The notes beneath the pieces were generated by a model, which ran no database searches, was not told the origin of the DNA, and worked only from the letters and a program-made list of their open reading frames with translations. A program made the translations under genes and the position numbers. From Cenarchaeum sp. (GTDB taxonomy: Archaea; Thermoproteota; Nitrososphaeria; Nitrososphaerales; Nitrosopumilaceae), in contig CBDESU010000002.1 of the NCBI GenBank assembly GCA_965242695.1, positions 1,248,001 through 1,312,000 on the forward strand: DNA of 64,000 bases, written 5' to 3'. Of this stretch, positions 39,563 through 50,600 are shown in pieces. Each line of letters starts with the position of its first letter. Within the stretch, counting starts at the first letter, position 1.

Positions 39563-41147
39563 CGGCATGGATGCCGAGTACTATGCAAGCGCCGGCCGGG
39601 ACGGCGGGCAGGCCGAACGGGAGGGCGCGGACGGCGCGCGCCGGCCGGATGCCGAACCGCGGCCGGAGGACGGCGGGAGGTACAAGGACGGGGACGGGGA
39701 GAATGCGGCGGCCCGCGGCGGCGGGGACGGCGAGACATCCGCCGCTGCGGCCGCCGCCCGGCGGGCCTCGGCCGCCGATCTCTCTGCGATTGCGGGCGTG
39801 CTCGCCGGCCTGGCCGTCCGCGAAAGGCCGCCCGATCTTGCCGACCTTGAGCGGCTTGTCGGGGATGCGCTCTCGGGGGGAGGCGCCGGCACGACCAAGG
39901 GGGGTGCCGGAGCTGGACAAGGCGCGCCCAAGGGAGATGCCGCCGGCCCGCCGCCCTCGCAGCGTGCAACCGGCGGGGATGCCGCCGGCCCGTCGCAGCC
40001 GTTCGTCGACATGCTGCGCGGAACGGGGTACCTGAGGGACGGGCCGCCCGGGGGCGCCGGCCCGCGCTGGCTGACGCGCCGCGGCTTTGCCGCCGTCGGC
40101 GACCATATCCTGCGCGACGTCATGCGCGGCATGGATCCCCTCGGGTTCGGCCCGCACGAGACGGCGCGCCGCGGGCCGGGCTCGTCCGTGATTCCCGACC
40201 AGACGCGCCGACTCGAGCCGGGCGAGCCTGCAGACGTAGGCCGGATAGACGCGGTCCGAACTGTGCTCAACGCCGTGTCTAGGGCGGCCGGCGCCCGGCA
40301 CCGCGGCGACGATCCCTTTCCGATCGACATCACTCCCTCGGACGTCGAAGAGGCAGTGCCGGCCCGCGACGCCGGTGCGGCCGTCGTGTACTGTATCGAC
40401 CTGAGCTCTACGATGAAGTACCGCCTCGGCGGGCCTGGGGGGCCAAGCCGGATCGAGGCAGCCAAGAGGGCCCTATGGGCCCTGTGCGCGCTCGCACGCC
40501 GGAGCTTTCCGGCCGATTCGGTCTCGATTGTCGCGTTCGCCTCGCTTGCCGCGCGCGTCGCGCCCGAGGACATACCGCACCTGCGCACGTTCGAGGCCGG
40601 CGACGAGAACCTGCACTACACGAACTACCAGGCCGCCCTGCGCCTGGCCTCGCGCATACTCGACAGGGAGGCGGCCGGCAGGAACCGGCGTATAGTCCTC
40701 GTAACGGACGGCCAGCCGAGCGCGTGCCTTGTGGAGACCGAGTACCAGAGGGGCAGGGTGCTGTCGGCAAAGCCGTACGCAAACCTGTACGTGCCGGGCG
40801 CCGAGGCTGTCGGGCGCATCGGCCGCGAGAGGGCCATGGACTTTGCGGGGCTTGCAGGCGCAGCGCGGCATCCGTCGGGGCGTCCTGGCGGCGGCGCCAT
40901 GGTCTACCTGTGCTACAGGCACAAGCGCATCGACCCCGTAATCGACGAGTGCACCGTGCGCGAGGCCGTCAGGTGCGCCAAGCGCGGTGCCCGGATCGAC
41001 ACGATCGTGGTCAGCGACGAGTCCGAGCTCATCGAGTATGCCGACTCGCTAGAACGGCGGCTCGGCGGCATTGCGTACCACGTTTCCGGCCCGAACATGG
41101 GGCGCCTCGTCGTGCGCGACTACCTGAGGGGGGCGCGGCGCGGGTAG
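39549..41147 (+). CDS. von Willebrand factor A domain protein
   Basis: MIDAS 'IDLSSTM', 'YTNYQAAL', 'VLVTDGQPS'; overlaps the ATPase stop. Confidence 0.85.
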   Translation: MSLLDGMDAEYYASAGRDGGQAEREGADGARRPDAEPRPEDGGRYKDGDGENAAARGGGDGETSAAAAAARRASAADLSAIAGVLAGLAVRERPPDLADLERLVGDALSGGGAGTTKGGAGAGQGAPKGDAAGPPPSQRATGGDAAGPSQPFVDMLRGTGYLRDGPPGGAGPRWLTRRGFAAVGDHILRDVMRGMDPLGFGPHETARRGPGSSVIPDQTRRLEPGEPADVGRIDAVRTVLNAVSRAAGARHRGDDPFPIDITPSDVEEAVPARDAGAAVVYCIDLSSTMKYRLGGPGGPSRIEAAKRALWALCALARRSFPADSVSIVAFASLAARVAPEDIPHLRTFEAGDENLHYTNYQAALRLASRILDREAAGRNRRIVLVTDGQPSACLVETEYQRGRVLSAKPYANLYVPGAEAVGRIGRERAMDFAGLAGAARHPSGRPGGGAMVYLCYRHKRIDPVIDECTVREAVRCAKRGARIDTIVVSDESELIEYADSLERRLGGIAYHVSGPNMGRLVVRDYLRGARRG

Positions 41148-41355
41148 CGCAGTCGTACCCGTAGGACTTGTACCCGTCTCGGTCGCCGGCGATCTACCTT
41201 TGCCCCACGGATGTACACGTCTGTCTCTTTTAGCATTATAGTGCGCGGCGGAGAAAAGACGTGTTGTACCTCGGCCCCCGACGTGTTGTACCTGCCCGAT
41301 CCTGCACACGCGGCGCGCTGGGTTTTGGCGGCACATTCGTACACATGATATGTAA

Positions 41356-42286
41356 TTAGCCAATCTTAAACTCTGAGCGGAGTTTTTTGATGTAATCTTT
41401 CTTGTTGAACTTGAGATATCCTTTTGAGGTTGGACTTCGGAGCGTCAATTCGGTCACTGCGTTTATCTCTATGCTTTGGGGGACGACACCGTGGTATCGC
41501 TCTGGCGGTTGCACTGTGCCGAGTCCGTAGGGACGATCTACGGTTACATATCTTTCTATCACCTCTTTCGACGTAAGCCAATTGACAAGTCTGATAAAGG
41601 CGTTGGCATCATAGTTTGGTAAAATGCGGCTTTGGGCCCTATAGTCACGCATTGAGCGAAACCACTCTTGTCTGTCCATGTGTGATGCGGCACGGATAAT
41701 TTTTCCTATAGACTCTGCTTGCGCTTTGATTTCGGGAGGTATTGTCAACCCGAATATTTTATCAATGCTCACATCTACTCCAAAATTTACTTCGTCAATC
41801 TCCAAGTCGGTGTAGATGCTTTCTAACATTTTTAGGTTTCGAAGCCCCGACTCAAGCCAGTAATTCTCGACATCTTCATTTCTAACAGGGTTCGCCGCAG
41901 GTTTTATATATACAAGCTGGTCCAACGCACCCTTGCTGACTTTCCCTTCCATGGTCACAAGATATGTTTCAGAAAATGGCAATTTGTTAGCATCAAGAAC
42001 ATACTCTGATCCGATTCGTTTCCACTCATGCCTGTGCTGGTTGAATGCGCTATCGAACATCTTGGTGACTACAAAGTTTTCATGTGCTGGCACGACTATT
42101 TTCCTTTGCCTTTTTCTCCAGCCATCGGGAATACTAATCTTAAATGATATCTCGCAGGTGTGCTTGGCAAAATTTATTGAGACTTTGAGTCTCTGGCCTG
42201 AAATCCGAAAAAAATTGCTTGAGCCGGGCGCAAACGTCGATTAGCGTATTTGCAGCATTTATACTGTCATTTATTGTGGGATCCAA
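41356..42286 (-). pseudogene. Low-GC hypothetical gene, apparently frameshifted near 42170-42215
   Basis: N-part 'MDPTINDS...LKQFF' (TTG 42286) and C-part 'SINFAKHTCEISF...PAHENF' are in different frames; A7 run at 42208-42214. Confidence 0.55.
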
Positions 42287-43355
42287 TGTCCATAACCTCC
42301 GATCCTCTATATGCACCAGACTCGTCAACATCTATGGAGAGGGGCATGCCAAAGTTTATGTCGGTTTTACTGCTACGTTGATCCACGATCTTAATGGTTT
42401 TGCTAATCGGAGCGTATTCGTTCCCGAGGACATCGGAATACCGAAATTCTACTACAAGTTCATCGATGGGTATTTCGACCGGCATCACTACTGCCGTTTT
42501 TGAATCCAACTGCACGTTTTCGCCCACCGTCCTGGCTTGTATGTCCGAAAGGATGCCCACGATCATGGTTGACATAGTCCTATGTATATAGCTCATAAGC
42601 AGCTCCTTGTCCGAATCCGCAAGCCTGCGCAGTGTCTCCGCTGTGTCCTGATCTATCTTGCCAGCGTTAAGCATGCTCCTTATGGATACATCCGACAAGA
42701 TCCTTTTCTTAAATTCCTCTGCAACAAGCCGAACTTTTCCTGGATCGACCTCTGCGCCATCTTCGACGTTGTGGCCATTTTCATGATACAGCATTTTGTC
42801 ACGAACGAGCATCTCTAGGACATCGTTAATGAGTGATGATCCATGTGACACTATGTGACCACCGATCGTACACTTGCAGCTTAATGTGACGTCTCCAAAG
42901 CCCGAAAATTTTAGGCATATGGGAATAGCTTGGTCACTAGGCTTGCTATCTGTCAGCACGATATGTTCAGGAGCGCTCACAAACTCCAACCGCGGCCGAA
43001 ATATTCTGACAGGGGTGACTAGTGAGTCTACGGACCCATTTTTCATGCAAAATGCCGCTCTGACCGGAAGTTCCGTCTTGAGGTTGTCAAATACCTCGCT
43101 TGCAGCAACAACGACTCCAAAATAGTCATACTCGCTAAGCCTCGCTTTGTTTATGTCCTTGACAACAATGCGACCATCTGTGACCGAGTACTCTGCGACG
43201 TTGATCGTGTCGACTAAGCACATGCCAGGGGGGATGCTGAGCACGATCTGATCAACGTCGTCTGTAACCGTCTTTTCGATTTTAATCTGTATGGGCACCT
43301 CCTCCCTAGGCAAGGCCCACTGCGGGCACCTGACATCAAACTTCGCTACTTGCAC
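42267..43355 (-). CDS. Low-GC hypothetical protein (beta-rich ends, helical middle)
   Basis: 362-aa ORF in AT-richer DNA; TTAAATAA box upstream. Confidence 0.7.
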   Translation of the reverse strand: MQVAKFDVRCPQWALPREEVPIQIKIEKTVTDDVDQIVLSIPPGMCLVDTINVAEYSVTDGRIVVKDINKARLSEYDYFGVVVAASEVFDNLKTELPVRAAFCMKNGSVDSLVTPVRIFRPRLEFVSAPEHIVLTDSKPSDQAIPICLKFSGFGDVTLSCKCTIGGHIVSHGSSLINDVLEMLVRDKMLYHENGHNVEDGAEVDPGKVRLVAEEFKKRILSDVSIRSMLNAGKIDQDTAETLRRLADSDKELLMSYIHRTMSTMIVGILSDIQARTVGENVQLDSKTAVVMPVEIPIDELVVEFRYSDVLGNEYAPISKTIKIVDQRSSKTDINFGMPLSIDVDESGAYRGSEVMDIGSHNK

Positions 43356-43540
43356 AGCCTACGGCGATTTGGGCATTATATTAAGATATGCCTTATGTAG
43401 AGTGGATCCTGTCGCCGCGCCCATGTTCGAGCCGGCTTTGCACCTGCCTCGCCGCCGGCCTGCCAGCACCGTATCCAGATCGCGCGTGGCTTGCTACGCG
43501 GGCAGCCGGCTGGTTGGCGTCTATCGCTTAGTCTACCATT

Positions 43541-43569
43541 ATGCAGATCTGCATTATGCAGATCTGCAT
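43541..43569. promoter_or_regulatory. Two tandem 14-bp palindromes (ATGCAGATCTGCAT) abutting a TATA box
   Basis: Copies at 43541-43554 and 43556-43569, followed by TTTAAT/TATAAA. Confidence 0.55.
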
Positions 43570-43611
43570 TATTCTTTAATGTATAAATAATGCCCCGGCC
43601 CCGATCCACCA

Positions 43612-44799
43612 ATGGCGGCAGTCCCGTTCCTTGCCGGCAAGCCCGTGAGCGGCCACTACTTTGTAGGCCGCGACCGAATTCTCCGGACAATCGACACGAT
43701 CATGGCCGGAACGGCCGACGGCGCCATCAACAACGTCATGCTACTCGGCCCGCGGAGGATAGGAAAGACCTCCATACTCCTCAACGTCAAGAAGCGGCAG
43801 GATCGTAACCCGCGGATAGCGACCGTTATGGTGAACGCAGAGGGCATGTCGACAAAGCTCCGCTTTGCCGATGCGTACATGAAGGCGGTCCTTGCAGCCT
43901 ATGAGGAGCGCGCACAGGGAGGGGCTCGGAGGGCACGAATTGCCCGCGCCCTGTCATCCGAATTGAGAGATGTGCGAGGGAGAGTATCAGAGGTAGACTT
44001 GTCAATTCTTGAGTGTGTGAAGTTTGGTCTAAAAATAAACAACAGGACGCCGGACCAGGACGATCTACTCGAGCATGCACTAAACTACCCTGAAAGGCTT
44101 GGCGCAGAAAAAGGCATAGCATTTATTGTTGTAATGGACGAATTTCAAAGCCTTCTAAAATGGGGCGCCCCATTCCTACACCTTTTTCGCAGAATAGTGC
44201 AGGAGCAGTCACATGTTGGCTACATTCTCGCTGGCTCCTCGCCGTCCCTGATGAAGGGAATCACAGACGACGCCAATTCTCCGTTCTACAGACAGCTGCA
44301 CGAAGTAAGGGTTGATCCCCTCCAAGACGGCGTTTTGCTGCCGTTCTTGCACCGCCGCTTTCGATCTGCGGGGGTTTCGGTCGAAGCGGGGGCGGCGGAA
44401 AAAATATGCCGCCTGAGCCGAGGAATCCCGGACTACCTGCAGAGGCTTGGGATGCTTTCCTATACGGCATGCTCCGTACGCGGCGGACGAGCCATCACGC
44501 TGGATAATGTAGAGTCGTCGTACTCTGACATGCTGGCACACCTTGACCCCGTGTTTATGGCGCAGTTCGACTCGCTGAGCGACCACGAAAAGGAGGCGCT
44601 GCACGCCATTTCGCGCTCGCACAACACCGTGACAGGCATGGCGGACTACATCAAAGTGCAGCCAACGTCAATGTCGCGCGCCTTGGCTAGGCTGGTCAGC
44701 ACGGATGTTGTCGAAAAGTATGAGAGGGGCAAATATGCAATAGTCGACGGCGTATTTTCCGACTGGCTCACTGGCCGGTATGACTTTTTGGATCTATAG
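43612..44799 (+). CDS. Archaeal ATPase family P-loop NTPase with C-terminal winged HTH
   Basis: 'FVGRD', Walker A 'GPRRIGKT', Walker B 'VVMDEFQ', 'GIPDYLQ', HTH-like 'SMSRALARLV'. Confidence 0.85.
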   Translation: MAAVPFLAGKPVSGHYFVGRDRILRTIDTIMAGTADGAINNVMLLGPRRIGKTSILLNVKKRQDRNPRIATVMVNAEGMSTKLRFADAYMKAVLAAYEERAQGGARRARIARALSSELRDVRGRVSEVDLSILECVKFGLKINNRTPDQDDLLEHALNYPERLGAEKGIAFIVVMDEFQSLLKWGAPFLHLFRRIVQEQSHVGYILAGSSPSLMKGITDDANSPFYRQLHEVRVDPLQDGVLLPFLHRRFRSAGVSVEAGAAEKICRLSRGIPDYLQRLGMLSYTACSVRGGRAITLDNVESSYSDMLAHLDPVFMAQFDSLSDHEKEALHAISRSHNTVTGMADYIKVQPTSMSRALARLVSTDVVEKYERGKYAIVDGVFSDWLTGRYDFLDL

Positions 44800-44841
44800 G
44801 CGCCGAAGCGCCCCCTTGATGCGGGAGCTCCTGTAGGGCGC

Positions 44842-47580
44842 CTACTGCCCCGCGTCGGGGTCGACTTGGCATATGCCGTCTTTGAGGACTGTTCCGGAGC
44901 CGCACTCGCCGTACGGCCTGTCGATGGTGCCGACGATCTCTGCTAGCGTCCTGCCGAAAAAGTACGAGTCGAACCATGCTCGGTACGGCGCCTCGCTGTC
45001 GTACCTGTCCTTGTAGTACTGTAGGCGGTCGGGCGCCTCGGGCGGGGGTGGCGCCTCGGGCTCGCCCACTACGTCGACGATGTCGTACTCGGGGAAGACC
45101 TCATCGAACCACTCCCTGAACTCGGCGTCTGCCTCGTACCGGTCGACGTACTCGCGCGCGCTTGTCGCGGGATCGGGAAAGCCCGGCACGCGGTCGCGCG
45201 GGTCGACGCCGGCTCCCTGCCCGGCGGATGCGCCGACCACCTCGGCCACCGTGGACCCCGGGTACGTCTCGTCAAACCACCCCCTAAAGCCCGCGTCGGT
45301 CTCGTACAGGTCGACGTAAATGCTGGGGCTGACGCTGGGATCGGGGAACAAAAATTCCCCGGATCCCGCTTGGCTGCCAGGCTCGACAGCAACGTCGGCA
45401 CTGTCATACTCGGTGGACGCCTCTGCACCCGTCTCGGAATCCGGAGGGCTCGACACGCGGTCGTCTGCGGCCGCGCCCGCGGTCGCCGCCACCTTTGCCG
45501 TATTCGATGCGCGGCTCTGCCCGTTCTCGTTCACCGCGTACAGCTTGTATGTGTATGACGAGGCGGGGGCAACGCCCGTGTGCGAGTACGACGTGTCGCC
45601 GGACTCTGGCTCTGTGAGTATCTCGTAGGGTCCGTCGTCCGTCTTGTACTCCATCCTGTACGACAGGATGCCGTCGGCGCCGGTGGGCGGCTCCGACCAC
45701 GACAGGTCTATCCGCTGATCCGAGACCCTGTCCCCGTAAAGGTCGCGGGGCGGCGCCGGCTTGGGACCCTTTGTCGAGCCTTGGGCGGCGGCCGACCCCG
45801 ACTGGCCCGACGACCCCGACTGGCCCGACGACCCCGACTGGCCGGCCGAGGTCGCGGCCGAAGCGGCAGCTGCCGATCCTGCCTCCTTGTCGAGGGTGGT
45901 AGCCGGCGCATCGTCCGACGGCGGCCCGACAATCTGCCCACTGATCGCGCTTACCTTGTACGTGTATTTTGTCTCCGGGTCTAGACCTACATGCGAGTAC
46001 GATCTTGTGGGGCTTCCGCTGTCGGACTCGGCCGTCTCGAACCGCCCGGCGTCGCCTACCTTGAACTCGATCCTGTACCCCGTGACGGGCGACCCTCCGC
46101 TAGAGCCCGGGTAGCTCCAAGTCAGGTCGATCCGCTCGTGCGACGCAGCCGAGGCCTTTACGCTGCCCGGCTTGCCGGGCGGGTTTTGTGCCACTACGGC
46201 CTTAACCCCTGTCGCCCCGCCCTTGCCCGACTCGTCGGTCAACGTTATCGTGACGGTTTCAGACTCAGGCGACTGGGTGGCGCCGAGCTTTGCCCTGACG
46301 GCAAATCTGTACTCGCGGTCGGTGTCCAGATCCTTGATAGTGTACGATGTCTCCCTGCCGCTAACACTGTCATGCTTATCAAACGCACCGGTGCTGAAGA
46401 TCTTCAGTATCTCGAACTGCGTTATTGTCTGCCTAAACGTCTGGGATGGGGGCAGCCATTCTAGGCGCGCGGTTGTCGGCGACAGCGCCGTTATCGTAAC
46501 CTGGGTCGGCCTGTCAGTATGCTCCGGCTTTACAAAGTCGCTGGCTCCCGACGGCGCGCCGAGGCCAACCTCGTTGCGCGCCGTCACCCTGTACGAGTAG
46601 CTTGTCTTCGGGTTGGGCACGTCGTGGACGAACGCGCCGACCTCGCCGCCGACCTCTGCCGCAATCTCCCACTCGCCCGACTTTTGCTTGTACTCGATCA
46701 GGTACGCAGACACCTCTGGTCCTCGGTTGCTTGCAGGCGCGGACCACCCTACGTGCAGGCGGGTGTCCGACGCTGGCACCGCTTTGACTTGCCTCGGCGG
46801 GCCGGGCTTTGTGGCCTTTGTATCGGCGGTCGATTCGTCGGACGGCGTCGCCCTTGCCTCCCCCGACGGATCCCCCGTCCCGACCGAGTTTATCGCGCTG
46901 ACGCGGAACACGTACTCTGTATCCTCTTCCAGGTCGTCGACGGTGTACTCCGTCCCTGTGCTCCTCGTGTCCGCCTTTGCTACCTCGTACTCGTCGTCGC
47001 CCTTGCCGGCCTCCTTGTACTCGATCTTGTAGCCAGTGACGGGAGGCGAGCCGTTGCCGTCCGGCGCTTCCCACTCGAGGCGGACCTCGCTGTCGGATAT
47101 GTCGTCGGCCGTGAGCGACCCTGGCTTATCGGGCACTATCTGCTCGTACCCCTTTGACGAGTCGGTCGTCTTGGCCGTATCCTCTGCGGACGGCTTGCCC
47201 TCGCCGTCGTCGTTGATCGCCGAGACCCTGTACACGTACGTGGTGCCCGTCTCGATGCCCTTCCTGTCCTCGTATGTCGTAGACGCGCTTCTCGTGTCTG
47301 CCTTTATGGTCGAGTACCTTGTCTCGGTTGCCTCCTTCCTCTCGATCTTGTACCCCGTGATATCCTCGCCCCCGTCGTCGTCGGGGGCGCTCCACGACAG
47401 GTCTATCCCCGTCGGCGAGACGTCGACTGCCTTGAGGTTGGTGGGGCTGCCCGGCTCGCCGGCCGCCGCCTCCTGCACCGCGTACGGCGCCAGCGCCAGG
47501 GCGGCGGCCGCCACCACCACGGCTACGGCTAGGCCGGTATTGCGGCCTTGCCTGCTCGTCCTGCCAGCGCTGCGCCCCAT
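44842..47580 (-). CDS. Secreted fibronectin type III repeat protein (six Fn3)
   Basis: Signal peptide; repeats 'LSWSAP..GY.IE...Y.YRVSA.N..G'; three 'Y...F..WFD' repeats; C-terminal 'CGSGTVLKDGIC'. Confidence 0.9.
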   Translation of the reverse strand: MGRSAGRTSRQGRNTGLAVAVVVAAAALALAPYAVQEAAAGEPGSPTNLKAVDVSPTGIDLSWSAPDDDGGEDITGYKIERKEATETRYSTIKADTRSASTTYEDRKGIETGTTYVYRVSAINDDGEGKPSAEDTAKTTDSSKGYEQIVPDKPGSLTADDISDSEVRLEWEAPDGNGSPPVTGYKIEYKEAGKGDDEYEVAKADTRSTGTEYTVDDLEEDTEYVFRVSAINSVGTGDPSGEARATPSDESTADTKATKPGPPRQVKAVPASDTRLHVGWSAPASNRGPEVSAYLIEYKQKSGEWEIAAEVGGEVGAFVHDVPNPKTSYSYRVTARNEVGLGAPSGASDFVKPEHTDRPTQVTITALSPTTARLEWLPPSQTFRQTITQFEILKIFSTGAFDKHDSVSGRETSYTIKDLDTDREYRFAVRAKLGATQSPESETVTITLTDESGKGGATGVKAVVAQNPPGKPGSVKASAASHERIDLTWSYPGSSGGSPVTGYRIEFKVGDAGRFETAESDSGSPTRSYSHVGLDPETKYTYKVSAISGQIVGPPSDDAPATTLDKEAGSAAAASAATSAGQSGSSGQSGSSGQSGSAAAQGSTKGPKPAPPRDLYGDRVSDQRIDLSWSEPPTGADGILSYRMEYKTDDGPYEILTEPESGDTSYSHTGVAPASSYTYKLYAVNENGQSRASNTAKVAATAGAAADDRVSSPPDSETGAEASTEYDSADVAVEPGSQAGSGEFLFPDPSVSPSIYVDLYETDAGFRGWFDETYPGSTVAEVVGASAGQGAGVDPRDRVPGFPDPATSAREYVDRYEADAEFREWFDEVFPEYDIVDVVGEPEAPPPPEAPDRLQYYKDRYDSEAPYRAWFDSYFFGRTLAEIVGTIDRPYGECGSGTVLKDGICQVDPDAGQ

Positions 47581-47644
47581 GCCGCCCAGCCTCCGCCGCC
47601 CCCTAATACGCCTTGGCTCAACAAATCTTGGCCCCTGCTCAACT

Positions 47645-50600
47645 TTACTCGATAAACAGGGCGGGCCTGAGCGGCCTGGCATGGCGCGACCTGCCGGCCG
47701 GATCGTCGATGCCCTCGTCATCCTCGGAAAAGACCCTGACCTGGACGCCCTCGCCGAACTCGGCTGCCGCTAGCGCGCCCAGGTCTGCCTCTAGGACGGC
47801 CCGCTCGTCTAGCCCGCCGCCGCCCCGCAGCCTGGCCTCCCTGGTGCGCGCAGGCTCGGCCAGGGCGTCCTTTATGGCGCGCTGCACAAAGCCGGGGTCG
47901 GACTTTATGCCGGCCGTCTCGGGGTCGGCGATGAGCGCCTGCATGACGGCGCCCATGCTGGCGCCGGCGGCGCCCTTCTTGCTTCCCTGCGGAGCCTTCC
48001 CCCCGCCGCTTCCCCCCGCCGCTCCTTCCCCTTCCATCATCCCGAGTATGGTCCTGTACGCCCTGGCCTTGAGGCCGCCTGCCACGTACGCCGTGATCCT
48101 CTTGGGGGCGCTCTTCATCTTCGTGACCCTCTTGATGCTCGCGACGTCGTCGATGACGCGGCCGAGAAGGTCCTCGGCCTGCGCTGCCGCGGGGTCGTCC
48201 CATTCGGCTGGCGGCTCGGGCCACCGCGCCGCCGAGGCCGTCCCCTCCATGCCGAGCCTCTCCCACATCTCGTCGGCCGCATGCGGGGCGAACGGCGAGA
48301 GCAGCAGCACGCGCACGGCGTACACCTCGCGGAGGATGGCGTCTTGATCGCCGCCTGTTGCGCCTCCCCCGTGCGCCTCCCTTGCCGCCCTCCTCTTGCG
48401 GTGCCACTGCAGGTCTGATTCGAAGGAAAACAGGGCCGTGTGGAGCGCCTCGCGAAGCCTCATCTTCTCGATCGAAGACGTCACGTCGAGGGCTAGGCCG
48501 CGCGCGCGAGAGAGCAGCCAGCGGTCCTCGGCGGTCCTCGGAGCGCCGTCCCTGCCAGGCCCGCCCCTGCCGCCGAGCCTCCCGCACTCGGCCATCATGG
48601 CGCCGAGCCTCGAGGCGACGCCGGACACGGCCTCCTGCCCAAAGTCGGCATCCTGCAGGAGCTCGGCCGAGACTAGTATGGCCAGGCGTATAGTGTCGGC
48701 GCCGTGCTCGGCGATGGCCCTGCGGAGGGGTATGATGTTTCCCATGCTCTTTGACATCTTCTTGCCGTCCATGAGGACGGACCCGTTCACGACGATCCCG
48801 CGCGGCCAGCTGTCGCGCCCGAATATCGCCGTGTGGTTCATGACGAAGAACGTCAGGTGGTTCGGGACGAGGTCCCTGCCAGAGTGCCTCGCGTCGACGG
48901 GGTAAAAGTAGGCAAACTCGGCCCTCGCACGGCGCACGGCGCCGGCGTCGGCCCCGGTCTCGCGCGCAATCCTCTCGGCCGGGTCGCCCCCTCCCCCTCC
49001 GCCTGCCCCTATTCCCAGGAACACGTAGTCGAAGAACGCCGGGGTGAGGTGCTCGGCGCGCAGCGCCCCCGACCCGACCAGCCCCGCTATCGTATAGAAC
49101 GCCATGTACACGACCGAGTCGGACAGGCTCTCGACTATCCACCCGTCGTCCCACGGCAGGTTCGTTCCCAGCCCGTGCTGCCTGGCGCACGCCCTCTCGC
49201 GCAGCCAGTCGACGACGTTGTCGAACTCGCCGCGCAGGTCGGCAGGGAGGATGCGCATGCGCGAGAGGCACTCGTGGGCGTTGGCCTTCCACGCCGCGTT
49301 GCCGTAGTCGAGGAACCACTGGTCGGAGAGCATCCTGACGACGCACTCTGCGCCGCACCTGCACCTGACGGGCCCCCCGCTGATCTCGAGGAACGGCTCC
49401 GAGGCGTCCTGGCCGGCCGGCAGCCCGTCGGACAGCCACTTGCCCACCGCATCCCTGGCGTCGGGCACCTTCATGCCCGCGAACCTGGCCGGCACGGGGG
49501 ATGCGGCGCCCCCGCCCGCGCCGATCATCGCCCCGCCGTAGAACTCCTTGCCGTACACTTCGTCGGTCGCCTTGTCCAGGAGATCGGTCTCTTCCTGGCC
49601 CCTGATGCCGAGCCGTCCGCACGCCTCGGCCGCCGGGCACTCGGCTTCTCCGTACTCCTTGGACTCGATGATCCTGACGGGGCGGGGCGCGCCGAGGGCC
49701 GCCGCATCGCCGGCCTCCCTGAGGTCCTCTAGGGCGCGCCAGTCGTACGGCGCGTGCGCCGGTACCGACATGACCATTCCGGTGCCCGTCCCCTGCTTGA
49801 CAAACTTTGCCGGCAGGATCGGCAGGCCCGCCGCGCCGGTGCCGGGCGCGGCCGCCGTGCGCCCGACAAGGTCGGCGCCGCGCACCGTCCCCGTCCGCTC
49901 GACCCTCCTGCCGAGGAACTCTAGCTTGCGCGCGCACTCGGCCGAGACGATCCACTCCTCGGCCTCCTCGCCGCCGTCCTCCCCGGCCCCTGCCCCCGGG
50001 CGGCGTGGACCGCCAGACACGGAGGCCCTGACGTACTCTGCATTCGGGTCTACCCACAGGTTTGTCACGCCGAACAGCGTCTCGGGGCGCAGCGTCGCCG
50101 CCGGGATCACGGACCCGCCGGCATCGCCGCCCCCGTCCAGCCTGAACTTGACTAGCGTGTACTCGGTAAAGCCCGGCTCTACGTCGCCGAGCGTGTCGTG
50201 CTGCGAGACGGGGTTTTGGTCCTTTGGGCACCACCCGACGGGGTGCGAGCCCTGCACGACGAGCCCCATTCCGCGCAGCGTCCCTATCTGCCACTCGACG
50301 AACCTCTTGTACGCGGGATCGATCGTCGTAAACTCGCGCCGCCAGTCTATCGAGTAGCCCATCTCGATCATGCCGGCCTTGATCTCCTCGTGGAAGTAGT
50401 CGGCGATCCTCACGGGGTCCGAAAACTCCCGGACCGCCTCGTCGGGCACCCCGTACAGTCCCTTCAGCCCGGCAAGCAGCTCGGCATCCCCGTCCTGCAC
50501 GCGCCTTGCCATGCCGAGTATGGGGGTGCCCGTGTAGTGGAACCCCATCGGGAACAGCACGTTGTGCCCCCGCATGCGCAGGTACCTCGCATGCGCGTCG

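Noticed and set aside
41258-41293. Direct repeat gacgtgttgtacct x2 as an att site at the island edge
   Set aside because: No matching copy found at the other island end and no integrase.
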